Of a stretch of 64,000 nucleotides of DNA, positions 45,994 to 55,628 are shown in pieces; position 1 is the stretch's first letter, and every line of letters starts with the position of its first letter. Location of the stretch: IMG/VR virus record IMGVR_UViG_3300043811_000032, positions 34,692 through 98,691 of that record, one strand, 5' to 3'. The DNA comes from a virus. The notes under the pieces are model-generated. The model searched no databases and had not been told where the DNA came from. It worked only from the letters and a program-made list of their open reading frames with translations. The position numbers and the translations under genes were made by a program.

Positions 45994-46802
45994 GCCCGGT
46001 CCACCGACTCGCTGCCCCAGCAGGCGAGGCTCCCATCTGCGCCGCCGGTCACGTGGGGACGGAGCCCCACGTGGCTGGTCTTTACCTTCGTCGTGCCCAA
46101 CACCCGCAGCCCCATCTCCGCCGCCCAGTGCCCCAACAGCCAGTCCTCGGGCACGAACTCTGCTCGCACCTTGCCATCGACCACCCGCACCCTGCTAAGG
46201 ATCTGGAAGCCAGGGAACTCGCCGCACCACGGCCCGAGCTTGATCACCATGCAGCCGGTGTTCGGACACAGGCACTTGGGTCTTCCGTCGAAGCCGCGAT
46301 CCGGTTCCTGCCACGCCGACAGCAGTCCCTCCAGGTCGAACGTCGGCTCCTTCATCCAGCGTAGCTCGCTGAGCGTTGCCTTGCGGTGTAGTCCCCACGG
46401 GTCGCCCAGTGTACCTACCGAAGTGCTCAGCGTGCCGGCGTCGCTCTTGAGTACCACGCAAGCGTGGATTATATCGCCGCCGCTCTCCTCCAACTCGTCG
46501 ATCAGCACGTCTAGCCAGTGCTTCGTCAGCGGCACCACGTCGGCGTGCAGCATGCAGAAGTAACTGTAGTGCAGTCCCGGCGGTATCGCCCCCTCGTTGT
46601 TCAGGCAACGAGCCCACAGCTCGTTGAAGGCATGGGGCAGCACCGAACAGGGTACTGGGTCAAGCACGGCGCCGTGAGCCTGCCGTTGCGGGTCTACGCT
46701 GTACTGGTAGACTGACTGCACGGTCTGGTAGTGGATGTTCTGATCAAACGGGATGCCTAGGTAGACTACTTTGGGTGTCCTGTTTTGCTGCAGATTCTGC
46801 AC
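45960..46802 (-). CDS. GT-A glycosyltransferase-like protein, virion-module paralog 3
   Basis: YFCMLHADV, TLSTSVG, PNTGC, FPGF, VPEDW. Confidence 0.7.
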   Translation of the reverse strand: MQNLQQNRTPKVVYLGIPFDQNIHYQTVQSVYQYSVDPQRQAHGAVLDPVPCSVLPHAFNELWARCLNNEGAIPPGLHYSYFCMLHADVVPLTKHWLDVLIDELEESGGDIIHACVVLKSDAGTLSTSVGTLGDPWGLHRKATLSELRWMKEPTFDLEGLLSAWQEPDRGFDGRPKCLCPNTGCMVIKLGPWCGEFPGFQILSRVRVVDGKVRAEFVPEDWLLGHWAAEMGLRVLGTTKVKTSHVGLRPHVTGGADGSLACWGSESVDRAYFGVTESTMS

Positions 46803-47146
46803 GGTTGCACTCCGGGATAGAGGTGGGCTGCTTCAGGATGCGGACCCAGTTGCACGGGCAATCGCTCGATGATTCGGCCGTCTGGCAAGTTCTCCCACCA
46901 GAACGTGTGAATACGGCACAGCCAGATGCCCTGATCGACGATGTGGTGCATGCCATAGTTGCCACACCAGCATACACCGTCGTGGTGGATGTGCTGCCAG
47001 CCGTGGCCTGTGCCTTCGCAGTTCCAACCTTTGCACTTCTTACAATCGATGTCAGCGCCGCCGCACTTGGAGCACGGTAGACAACCGGCTCCCTTGCAGA
47101 ATGGGCACTCTGAGTTTGCGAAGTAGTAGCGGCGTGGGTTCATCAA
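46766..47146 (-). CDS. Cys-rich (DnaJ-type CxxCxG) protein
   Basis: CPFCKGAG, CSKCGG, CKKCKG. Confidence 0.55.
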   Translation of the reverse strand: MMNPRRYYFANSECPFCKGAGCLPCSKCGGADIDCKKCKGWNCEGTGHGWQHIHHDGVCWCGNYGMHHIVDQGIWLCRIHTFWWENLPDGRIIERLPVQLGPHPEAAHLYPGVQPCRICSKTGHPK

Positions 47147-49302
47147 TGCACGTCGTTGAGGGTGTAAGTCTGGCTGACAACAGCATCGGCCGACTGTCCT
47201 TGGATGACTATGGTCGTGAACGGGGGCACGGCTACGGAGGCACCGATGTTGTTCGAGTTGCCATGCACAGCGGTCATGTAGTCGTAGCTGGCCTTGTCGG
47301 TCGAGTTCGGGAACGAGATGCCGTTGTTTGTCGGTCCCTGTCCGAACAAGTCACTGCATTGCCACTGTCCGTTCAGACCCGCGTTAGTTGCTCCGGTGTT
47401 CGTGTTCTCGATGGACATGCCGCCAATGATGCCACCGCCGTTCGAGACCGTGGTGATGGTCTGGAACCCGAAGGACGTGTTGAGCAGCGTGCCGGAGAAC
47501 TGGTGGTTAGTGAAGCCACTAGTACCTCCGCTTCCGCCGCTTGTCGTGTTGCTCAGGCACGTCGTCGTGTTCTGGCACATGAAGCACATCTGGCAGGTCT
47601 GCGAGTTGATGTAAACGCTGCCGTTGACCAGCCCCTGCGGTACCGTGTTCGAGTACTGGATGTAGGTATTGCTCTGCGAGCTGTTGCCCATCTTTTCCGG
47701 CACCCAGCCGCCGGTGTTGTTCAAGTTGCTCGCTTTATACTCCACCCACACGCTCTCCTGTGCCTGCAGGATCGTGTTCTGAGCGGCGGAGAATTGCGTG
47801 CCCGGCGAAGTGCCCGACGACTGGTTCGGCAGAGTGATGGTGATGCCGCTGCCGACGCCCGTGTCGTTCTTCATCAGGATGCGGCGACCATCCTGCGGGA
47901 TGTTGCCATCGTACTCGGTCATGCCGAGGATCTTGGAGTTGCCACCCGGCGTGATGTACCAACTGCTCGTCGGCGGGATAGCGACGGTGTTGTTGACCCC
48001 TGCCGTGTTGCTCAGCGCCTGCGAGCTAATATCCTTGCGGTGTTGCCGCAGAGTCTGGCCGGGGCACAGGCCCCAGTACCACGTCCACTTGGAGGTTGTA
48101 GTGTTGTATTTCCAGCTGACCGTATCTCCTGGGTTCAGGTAGACCGTTTTACCATCGATGGTGCTGAGCTGGTTCTGGGATGCCGACGTGCTTTGGTGTG
48201 GCATGGCCATGATCGCCGTGCCGACGTTAATCATCACGACCTGCGTGCCGTCGACTGCGTTTGTCGAGGATATGCCGGACATGACCATGTTGCTGGTCAC
48301 GTTCATCTTGTTGTAGAGCGCCGGTGTCGTGACCCCACCCGTGGTCTGATCGACGTTGTAATTGTTGACGTTACTGGATAGGTTCCGAGCAACGCCCTGC
48401 TGCACGAGAGAGCGGACGTAGAGCGGGGCGAAGAAGCTGGCGGTGTTGTAAGCCGGGCTCTGCGGTTTCATCCGCCCGACGCCGGACATGGTGACGCTAG
48501 AGAACTTCGGCCCCCACTGGAACCGGAACTCCATGTCCATGTTCGGGTCGATGTCATAATTACAGCGCAGACGAGGGTACATCCGCACCACGGCACCTAC
48601 TGGTACCCCGGTGTTGCCATTCTCCTCGTAGGCGGCGCGGAAGTTGACGTCGCCCGTGTTCCAGAAGCAGACGTTGCCGCCAAAAACGTACGGAGGTGGA
48701 GAGTCGCAGAGCACTATCTGGAACACCGAGCCACCGTTGACGTTCGGTAGCACTGCAGAGACCTTGAACAGTCCGTTGTAGCCATCACATGAGTAGCCCC
48801 CCTGTGGCCACACTCCGCCAGAGAAGGCGTAGGTCTGCCCAGTAGAGGGGTTGGTGCCGGTGGCGCCGCTGTAGTAGCCACCATACTCGGTAGGGTTGAT
48901 GCCGGCGATGACGACCGTTTGCCCCACCGCGATGAAGGAGGACAGATCCTCGATCAGGTAGATGGTGGCAGTGTTGCCGACGGCAGTAGCGTTGACTACG
49001 GTGCCTGTGGATTGGTTGGCGCAGTGGCCGATGAGCGGACCGTCCGCGTTCTCGCCAAACCACTCGCCTAGGTTGTCGGGCGTGAGCTTGGCGAAGCTAT
49101 ACGGTTGGTTGCCACCCATGATGATCCCGAGGAACTCGGGAGGGGGTGGCACGGCGCCGTACATGGATCCCTCGGCCTGCTGGACCTGGAGGGAGCCGTC
49201 GGTCCGCCAGTTGAGGGCGGTCTCGATGGCTTGTGCCAAGCGGTTGAGAGCTGGCCAGGCAGAAGGGTGGATGCCGGGCCAGTTGCGTGGGAATCTTGTC
49301 AT
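47143..49302 (-). CDS. Tail tip / fibre (receptor-binding) protein
   Basis: Asn/Thr/Gly/Ser-rich; tandem beta-domain repeat (VDGTQVVMIN / QDGRRILMKN); downstream of TMP. Confidence 0.65.
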   Translation of the reverse strand: MTRFPRNWPGIHPSAWPALNRLAQAIETALNWRTDGSLQVQQAEGSMYGAVPPPPEFLGIIMGGNQPYSFAKLTPDNLGEWFGENADGPLIGHCANQSTGTVVNATAVGNTATIYLIEDLSSFIAVGQTVVIAGINPTEYGGYYSGATGTNPSTGQTYAFSGGVWPQGGYSCDGYNGLFKVSAVLPNVNGGSVFQIVLCDSPPPYVFGGNVCFWNTGDVNFRAAYEENGNTGVPVGAVVRMYPRLRCNYDIDPNMDMEFRFQWGPKFSSVTMSGVGRMKPQSPAYNTASFFAPLYVRSLVQQGVARNLSSNVNNYNVDQTTGGVTTPALYNKMNVTSNMVMSGISSTNAVDGTQVVMINVGTAIMAMPHQSTSASQNQLSTIDGKTVYLNPGDTVSWKYNTTTSKWTWYWGLCPGQTLRQHRKDISSQALSNTAGVNNTVAIPPTSSWYITPGGNSKILGMTEYDGNIPQDGRRILMKNDTGVGSGITITLPNQSSGTSPGTQFSAAQNTILQAQESVWVEYKASNLNNTGGWVPEKMGNSSQSNTYIQYSNTVPQGLVNGSVYINSQTCQMCFMCQNTTTCLSNTTSGGSGGTSGFTNHQFSGTLLNTSFGFQTITTVSNGGGIIGGMSIENTNTGATNAGLNGQWQCSDLFGQGPTNNGISFPNSTDKASYDYMTAVHGNSNNIGASVAVPPFTTIVIQGQSADAVVSQTYTLNDVH

Positions 49303-50477
49303 CAGTTGAAAATGCTGTTCTTTGCGGGTTGCAAGACCGGGGTCAGGGCGTTGCAGTAGTAGCTCTGCACCTTGCTGGGCTGCTTGAAGATGAAGCTGTG
49401 ATCTTGCTCGTTGTAACGCCAGAACTGGCTGGAGTCGTTGGCGTGGTTCTTGGTGCCCAGCAGGGGCCGCCACCAGCGTTGCGTCGGGATGCTGAACACG
49501 AGGTTATGTCCGTAGCGGAAACCGCCGTCGTTCGCTTGCACGGCACCGACGGGGCACGGGTTGAAGTAGAGCCACTGCAGGTGGATGTCCCAACAGCGTG
49601 GTACCGTGCCGCTGTTGCTCTGGTTGCCGGTTCGTATCCGCACCGGCATGGTCCGCGGCGTGGCTCGGTAGCCCTCGAATAACATCGTGCCAGGTGGCAT
49701 GCTCATGAACTCGTTCTGGTTCACGGTGCCGATACACAGGTCGATGTACGGGAAGCTGACCGAACCGTTTCGCACCCAGTCGTCGCACACCTGCAACCAG
49801 TCGCAACTGACCCGGAATTTGGCCAGTAACAGAGCAAGGCCCTTACTGCCCTGCACTTGCTGCCCTGCACTCGGAGTAGGTCCGTAGGGCTTGTCCTGCC
49901 AGCGGAAGGCGTCTTGCTCTTGCTGTACAAATTCGTTTGCGGGCTCTCGACCCCATACACAATAGCGTTGCGCTTCGGCGGGGAAGTAAACACTGTCAGC
50001 ACCTGCGACAGCCGCATCGGTCAGGATGTCGTAGGGTGGGGTTTCGTACTCGACCGAGAACCGCAGCTGCCGCCACTTGTTGACAGTGCCACCGGCCGCT
50101 CCGTTGCCACCGCCGATGGGCAGCTGACCGCGGGAGCCGACTCCCTGCGGGTTGGAGACACTGACGCCCCACAGCCACGGAAAGAACGGATGCTGAACCG
50201 GCAGGGTGCGGTGCATCACGGCGTTGCCGATGCCCGCTGCTGTCGCTGGCCCACCCGCCTCGGAGTAGCCGATGATGCCGCTGATGACCTTGTCGCTGGC
50301 ATCGTCGAATGGGATCTGCCACTCCTCGGACCACGTGCTGACCCCGTAAGCGAACCGTCCGCCGAGCTGACCGAAGCCCTTGCCGATGTACTGCTGCGAT
50401 GGCTTGACGCCGGATATCTGCGGGTAGATCGTCCCCGGCAGCGGACCACCTGCGACGATGTTCGGCTGGTTAGCCAT
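49302..50477 (-). CDS. Distal tail / hub protein
   Basis: Directly after the tape measure gene; HPFFPWL, GTVN...F...PPGTMLF. Confidence 0.6.
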   Translation of the reverse strand: MANQPNIVAGGPLPGTIYPQISGVKPSQQYIGKGFGQLGGRFAYGVSTWSEEWQIPFDDASDKVISGIIGYSEAGGPATAAGIGNAVMHRTLPVQHPFFPWLWGVSVSNPQGVGSRGQLPIGGGNGAAGGTVNKWRQLRFSVEYETPPYDILTDAAVAGADSVYFPAEAQRYCVWGREPANEFVQQEQDAFRWQDKPYGPTPSAGQQVQGSKGLALLLAKFRVSCDWLQVCDDWVRNGSVSFPYIDLCIGTVNQNEFMSMPPGTMLFEGYRATPRTMPVRIRTGNQSNSGTVPRCWDIHLQWLYFNPCPVGAVQANDGGFRYGHNLVFSIPTQRWWRPLLGTKNHANDSSQFWRYNEQDHSFIFKQPSKVQSYYCNALTPVLQPAKNSIFN

Positions 50478-51378
50478 TGGCCGGGTTCCTCGGCTGGTCG
50501 TCGTTCTTACGCTTGGTGTTGTTGGCCGTGGCGCCGGTGTTCTCGGCGATCATCTTCAGGTAATGCTCTTGGCTGAACCCGCGGTTAAGTCCTGCGGTCT
50601 GGAATGACTTGCCCAGCTCCTCGATGCCAACGAGCCCGGTGCCTTGATGAGACTTGCCACGGGCCGATTCACCACCGCCCAGCCACTTGATGATGCCAAA
50701 CAGCAGGCGAGGGAAGAAGTTCATGATCTTGTAGAGGATGACGAACACTTGGGCCAGCAACTTGATGATCGGTGACAGCGCCTGTATGGCATCGCCGAAC
50801 TCCTGAACGACCGGGATCATCGCCTCCAGGATCGGTTGCAGTGCCTCGCCCAGCACCGCCATGATGTCCGACCATGCTCGGTTGAGCTGTTCGACCAGCG
50901 CTGGGTTGAACGCCCCCACGAAGCGCACGGCCATGTCAATGATCATGCCGATAGGGCCGAGGATCTTCGACAGTGCTCCGGCTGCTGCGGAAGCAGCTCC
51001 GCCCAGCTTGGCGATGCCACCGATGCCAGGTAATGCTCCCAGCACTCTACCGCCAGCAGCACCTACGCCCGCCCCAGCTCGGCTGACCATCGCCTGCCCG
51101 GCCTCGAACGACTTCGCCACCGGCGACATGCCCATGCTGCGACGCTGAGCCGACAACGCTTGGTTCATGGCATTGTTGGTGGCGTCCTGTATGATCTTCT
51201 CGAAGTTGGCCACAGCTGACGGCGACATCTTCGGGGCTAGCGTCTGCAGCGACTTCTTCATCGCCTCGATGGGTGCCATGTTCGGCACGATCATCACGTC
51301 GCCAAGCATCTTCTTCATCTGCTTGGTAGCTTCGCTCTGCGCCTTCGGGAATATTTCGATCTCGACCAGTTCTGCCAT
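50470..51378 (-). CDS. Short tape measure protein
   Basis: After the frameshifted chaperones; Ala/Gly-rich with amphipathic helical repeats. Confidence 0.65.
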   Translation of the reverse strand: MAELVEIEIFPKAQSEATKQMKKMLGDVMIVPNMAPIEAMKKSLQTLAPKMSPSAVANFEKIIQDATNNAMNQALSAQRRSMGMSPVAKSFEAGQAMVSRAGAGVGAAGGRVLGALPGIGGIAKLGGAASAAAGALSKILGPIGMIIDMAVRFVGAFNPALVEQLNRAWSDIMAVLGEALQPILEAMIPVVQEFGDAIQALSPIIKLLAQVFVILYKIMNFFPRLLFGIIKWLGGGESARGKSHQGTGLVGIEELGKSFQTAGLNRGFSQEHYLKMIAENTGATANNTKRKNDDQPRNPANG

Positions 51379-51381
51379 TGG

Positions 51382-51726
51382 TCACCTGTTGTAGCCTCGG
51401 AACCACTGAGCGAACGCTGCGTCCATCTCGTCTTGACTGGAGCCGAGCGTCTTCATCGCCTTGGCGTTGGCGCCCATCTCCCACAGTTGCCGGTAGCTCA
51501 GCGGGCCGGTCTCAGGGTTGTCGGGGTCGTTGTGCGGCTTGGGCCAGTAGGGCTTGGTCGGGTCGTCATGCATGCTGGGCCGGGCGTACACGTTGACGAT
51601 CAACCCGTCATGAAAGTTCTCCCAGTAGTCACTGAAGCTGACGTTGAACGGCTCGCGCACCAGTAGAGACAGGACCCGGTCCGGTTCTAGTCCCCCGCTC
51701 CCGTCATCGGGGGAGCTAGAAAATTT
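51382..51726 (-). CDS. Tail assembly chaperone, -1 frameshift extension (GT part)
   Basis: A AAT TTT slippery heptamer at 51720-26; the -1 frame is open into ORF 51382-51660. Confidence 0.75.
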   Translation of the reverse strand, partial: KFSSSPDDGSGGLEPDRVLSLLVREPFNVSFSDYWENFHDGLIVNVYARPSMHDDPTKPYWPKPHNDPDNPETGPLSYRQLWEMGANAKAMKTLGSSQDEMDAAFAQWFRGYNR

Positions 51727-52193
51727 GGCGTGCTGTCGAAGACGCCCTTCAACACCTCGCAGACCATCAACCAGACCGGACCGCCCTTCTCCTGCGATGA
51801 GTCGATCCAGCTGAGCACCTTCTCCTCATTCAGCTTCTGGTCGATCTTCATCACGCGATCAGCACTGCGGGACAGCAGCACGGTCAACTTGGTGAGGGCT
51901 GGCACCTGGTTGATCGATTGCAGGAAGGCGTCTCCGCCCCAGCGGAACGTGCCAGCACCGACTGCCTCGGTCACAGCCCGCATCGACTCTTTGTACTCGT
52001 CTGGCTGTAGCTGTTCCTCCTCCAGCGCCTGCCCACCGGGGCGAAGGTAGAATACCTTCCGGCGGGCTGTGCTCTCCATCCATGTCTCAAACTCAGCCTT
52101 GACCCTTGGCGGGATATGTCCGCGCAGGTACACGTTCCCTTCCGGCAGCGGCAGCTCCACGCAGCTGTCCAGTTTGTTGTAATTCGCTGACAT
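51687..52193 (-). CDS. Tail assembly chaperone (G)
   Basis: Upstream of TMP; ends ...PNF at the slippery site. Confidence 0.7.
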   Translation of the reverse strand: MSANYNKLDSCVELPLPEGNVYLRGHIPPRVKAEFETWMESTARRKVFYLRPGGQALEEEQLQPDEYKESMRAVTEAVGAGTFRWGGDAFLQSINQVPALTKLTVLLSRSADRVMKIDQKLNEEKVLSWIDSSQEKGGPVWLMVCEVLKGVFDSTPNFLAPPMTGAGD

Positions 52194-52194
52194 C

Positions 52195-53031
52195 TTAGAT
52201 GCACCCCTTCAGTTGAAAGTAACTCTCGTCTCGTTCCTGTCCCCACGCTGTTGCCGACTGCCAGCATCCCACACCCCAGTGGTTCGTCGCCACCTTCTTC
52301 GTACCGCCCACCCGCACTCCGTGCCTGGCACACCACAGCCCAAAGTTCCAGTCCTCGGGCACGGTCAACGGCACGATGTCGCCGGGGATGTCGTCGGGCA
52401 GCAGACAATCAACTCGGTTCTTCTCGTCAAACTCTGCTAGTATGTGTCGCCCGTCTTCGGTACGGATTGCCAACCGGTCCACCTGTGAGAAGCCTGGAAA
52501 CGTTCGCCACCGCATGTCCCAGCGTAGCGCCATGCAACCGGTGTTGGGGAGAAGGCAAGGATTTCCACAGTGACCGCCGAAAGCTGTGAGCGCGTCTTGT
52601 GCCTCGAACGTGTCCGGCAGTCCTTGCATCTCCTTGGTCGTTATCTTCCGCACCCACTGATGCTGAACGTCTGCATCGCCGATAGCCGTGCTCGTGTGGC
52701 CCTTCTCATCTTTGATCGCCGTAACCGCGTGCATCACGTCGTAGCCGGAATCCAGCTCGTCGAGGAGTACATCGAGCCAGCTGCCCGTCTGAACCGTCGG
52801 CTGCACGTCCGCGTGGAGCATGCAGAAGTAGTCGAACTTCCCCGGCTGGTTGATCCACTGCGACCAGCAACAGTTGAAGTTGTACGCCAAGCAGCCGCTG
52901 GCCAGGTCGTACTCGAAGACGTCAGTGCGGTTGCTGGGTGCCAGCACCAGCGCCGCCTTGATCGTCTCGTGGCGAATCCCTGAATGGTTCGGGATCGCTA
53001 GGAAGCAGACTCTTTTCTTTGTATCGTTCAT
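52195..53031 (-). CDS. GT-A glycosyltransferase-like protein, virion-module paralog 2
   Basis: DYFCMLHADV, IKD.KG.TSTAIG, LPNTGC, FPGF, VPEDWNFG. Confidence 0.72.
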   Translation of the reverse strand: MNDTKKRVCFLAIPNHSGIRHETIKAALVLAPSNRTDVFEYDLASGCLAYNFNCCWSQWINQPGKFDYFCMLHADVQPTVQTGSWLDVLLDELDSGYDVMHAVTAIKDEKGHTSTAIGDADVQHQWVRKITTKEMQGLPDTFEAQDALTAFGGHCGNPCLLPNTGCMALRWDMRWRTFPGFSQVDRLAIRTEDGRHILAEFDEKNRVDCLLPDDIPGDIVPLTVPEDWNFGLWCARHGVRVGGTKKVATNHWGVGCWQSATAWGQERDESYFQLKGCI

Positions 53032-53272
53032 AGCTGTCCTCCATCTTGGTGGTGAAAACGTTCAGTCGGTTCAGGATGTGGTCGATGCGGTCGTGCAGCT
53101 TCTCCAGGCAGGGTAGGCAGTGCTTGCACGGGTTGCGGATCACGTCGCTCCGCAGATCGTTGGCCCTCCTCTGCAGCTCGTGCAGCTTGTCCCGCAGTTC
53201 AGCCTCCCTCGGGGTCAACGGCGAACTAGGAGGCGGCGGCTGGATCGGTACTTGGCCCGGGCAGCAGCCCAT
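52922..53272 (-). CDS. Hypothetical coiled-coil protein
   Basis: TGATG coupling. Confidence 0.5.
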   Translation of the reverse strand: MGCCPGQVPIQPPPPSSPLTPREAELRDKLHELQRRANDLRSDVIRNPCKHCLPCLEKLHDRIDHILNRLNVFTTKMEDSYERYKEKSLLPSDPEPFRDSPRDDQGGAGAGTQQPH

Positions 53273-53745
53273 CAGACAGCCCCTCCCGTTGGCACGCTCC
53301 GACGACGCAGCACTAGTGAGTCGAGGAAGGGAGTGTTTCGCAGGTACGCCAGCCACTTCTCGTTGACGGTCTTCTTGTCCACCTTGCGGATGTCCTGCCA
53401 CACGGTGATGTACACGTCCTTGTAGAGTTCGAGCCCGGCCACCTTCTCGTCCTTGCTGAGCGGTTGCACGGTCTGGTGGACCTTCTTTGGAGGCACCTTG
53501 AACTGGCCGAGGTTGGCAGCTTGGTCGAGCGGGATCAGCTCCAGCTTGCCCACGGCGCTGCCGCGGCGGATGATGGGCTGGGCGAACTCGTCCATCAGCA
53601 CGTCATGACCGTTCGGTGCCGGCACGTGGCACTCGTAGTCGCCAGTGGTGACGTCGAACCAGATGACCTTCGGCACACGCTTGCCGGTGCCGGTATCGAT
53701 CACCACGCCGGACGTGTCCTTCTGCTTGCGGCTATCGAGGATCAT
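53272..53745 (-). CDS. Hypothetical protein
   Basis: ATGA coupling, GGAG RBS. Confidence 0.6.
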   Translation of the reverse strand: MILDSRKQKDTSGVVIDTGTGKRVPKVIWFDVTTGDYECHVPAPNGHDVLMDEFAQPIIRRGSAVGKLELIPLDQAANLGQFKVPPKKVHQTVQPLSKDEKVAGLELYKDVYITVWQDIRKVDKKTVNEKWLAYLRNTPFLDSLVLRRRSVPTGGAV

Positions 53746-54065
53746 TGTTGCTCTCCGTTCTTGACATGCGGCATGAAGTTCTCGATGGCCTCTCCCCTTG
53801 CTTGCTTCATGAAGGCTGCTGTAGCACCGTAGAACGTCTGCCTTTCCTCCGGTGCCTTCTGCTCCACGTGAGCTTCCTGCACGTCCATCGCAGCGTCTTC
53901 GATGGCTTCCAGCTGGGACTCGTCGACGGTCACAGTGATGGTGGCGGTGACGGCCCCGTTCTTGGGGAAGTGAAAATGCAGGTCGTGTACGGTCCTCGGG
54001 TCGATGCCGAACGAGCTGATGACCTGCTGCAGGCGCAGCGAGTATCCTCGCGGTGCTTGAAACAT
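53742..54065 (-). CDS. Hypothetical protein
   Basis: AAGGAG RBS. Confidence 0.6.
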   Translation of the reverse strand: MFQAPRGYSLRLQQVISSFGIDPRTVHDLHFHFPKNGAVTATITVTVDESQLEAIEDAAMDVQEAHVEQKAPEERQTFYGATAAFMKQARGEAIENFMPHVKNGEQQ

Positions 54066-54074
54066 CGGTGCTCC

Positions 54075-54569
54075 TTACGTGATGGCCGGTATCTTCTGGT
54101 TGCCGGACGGGTCGGTATACGGACCCTGACTCCAGCAATCTGCTTCGAAGTTGACTGTGCCCCGCGCCGTGCTGCTGACCTTGGCGGACGAGCAGCCCCA
54201 GAATGGGAATATGTAGAACGACTTCACGGCGTCGAGCTGACTGGTGTAGACCGTAGTAGCGTCGTTGTTCGTGCCGCCGTCGTCGCGAGGGAACAGGCCC
54301 GGCGGATCGTTGGCGTACGGATTATTAGCGGCGTCCCATACGCCCTTGAGGCTGTACTCCGCCTCGCGGATGCCGGAGATGGCCTCGCCGTAGCTGTTGT
54401 CCTCGAAGTTGGTCGTGTCGAGCTTCTCGCCCTTGTCGGTGACAGTGTACTCATTCTGAAAGAGCTTGTTGCCGCCGATCTGCACGCGGCTGGTGCGCCC
54501 TGCGCGAAACGTGCCGGTGATGACACCAAGGCAGCCACACCAGAGCAGCAGCGATAGCAAAGTGGTCAT
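54075..54569 (-). CDS. Major tail (tube) protein with hydrophobic N-terminal leader
   Basis: LDTTNFED..YGE.ISGIREA..S..G.WD; AAGGAG RBS. Confidence 0.7.
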   Translation of the reverse strand: MTTLLSLLLWCGCLGVITGTFRAGRTSRVQIGGNKLFQNEYTVTDKGEKLDTTNFEDNSYGEAISGIREAEYSLKGVWDAANNPYANDPPGLFPRDDGGTNNDATTVYTSQLDAVKSFYIFPFWGCSSAKVSSTARGTVNFEADCWSQGPYTDPSGNQKIPAIT

Positions 54570-54577
54570 GGTACTCC

Positions 54578-55072
54578 TTAGGCGTGCTGGACGCCGGTTG
54601 CTTGGATGCCACCGCTGGTGTTCTGGAGCTGAGTAGCGCTGATAGCCACGCCCAGCACGGTGACGTAGAGCCCGGTGGCGAGGTCGCTGACCGGTGCGAT
54701 GTTGCCGGCATTGGCCGAGATGACGTAGGTCTGACCCACGACCATAGCCGTGTTGCCGGTGAAGATCGTGCCGGACTTCCAACCTTGGAACGGTTGGCCA
54801 CCGCCGGGGCAACTGCTCAACGCGACGCAGGCTCCGGTCGTGCCGCTGTTCTGCTGGACACTGTTGCTCTGGGCTGGTGCCCATAGTCCGGTAGTGCTAC
54901 TCTGGTAGAGTGTCTGCCCGGCGGTGAAGGCTTGTGCCGACGTGCCACTGATGTACTGATTGCCACTGATGAGTCCGTTGACATTCGCCGCGTTGATGGT
55001 CAGGTCAGCCCGTAGCCAACTGAGCAGCCACAGGACCGCCGCTGCACCGAGCAGCAGTAGAATCACGGTCAT
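54578..55072 (-). CDS. Decoration/cement-like structural protein with hydrophobic N-terminal leader
   Basis: ADLTINAANV...TAGQTLY...GQTYVISANAGNIAP..DL..G; GGAGG RBS. Confidence 0.65.
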   Translation of the reverse strand: MTVILLLLGAAAVLWLLSWLRADLTINAANVNGLISGNQYISGTSAQAFTAGQTLYQSSTTGLWAPAQSNSVQQNSGTTGACVALSSCPGGGQPFQGWKSGTIFTGNTAMVVGQTYVISANAGNIAPVSDLATGLYVTVLGVAISATQLQNTSGGIQATGVQHA

Positions 55073-55085
55073 TTCTCTATTCCTC

Positions 55086-55628
55086 CTATGGGGTGTTGAT
55101 TTGGTAGCCGACGCCCGCCGTGTACTTCGCCATGCCGACCCACACGCGCCCGCCGGTCGGATCGCGGATCTCCTCCTTGAGAATCTCGTAGCTCTCCCGC
55201 TGCCAATGGTGCATGTAAAACGTGCCCACGTCGCCATTGAGCCGGTCACACTGGATACTAAACGAGTCAAGATAAGCGATGATGCTGTTCTTCTTGAGCT
55301 GGTACGGACTGGTGACGAGCCCCACCATCGGCGGTGCGAACGGACTGTTCACGCTGCCACAGTAGACCTTGACCGTGACCTCGTAGACCTCGATGTCGCT
55401 GCCCTCGAAGTTGGGCTCGATCTTTGACTCAGCTACGTCGAATAGGACGTAGGGAAACACGGGTCCGCCCGAGTTAGGCGCTCCCGGCACCGGCTCGGGG
55501 ATCTCTCGATACCACGGGCTACCTGGTTGGGGCTGCGTGGGCGACGCCGAACCCCACTGGATCAGGCCGGCACCGCTGCCGCTGTTCTGCATCAAGACTA
55601 CCAGTCGGGCGTGCAGGGTGTCGATCAC
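55086..55628 (-). CDS. Tail terminator/completion protein
   Basis: Position; FPYVLF...VTVKVY. Confidence 0.5.
   Translation of the reverse strand: MIDTLHARLVVLMQNSGSGAGLIQWGSASPTQPQPGSPWYREIPEPVPGAPNSGGPVFPYVLFDVAESKIEPNFEGSDIEVYEVTVKVYCGSVNSPFAPPMVGLVTSPYQLKKNSIIAYLDSFSIQCDRLNGDVGTFYMHHWQRESYEILKEEIRDPTGGRVWVGMAKYTAGVGYQINTP

Noticed and set aside
54525-54569. Lipoprotein signal on the tail tube protein
   Set aside because: No basic n-region, and LWC/CGC does not fit the lipobox; kept only as a hydrophobic leader
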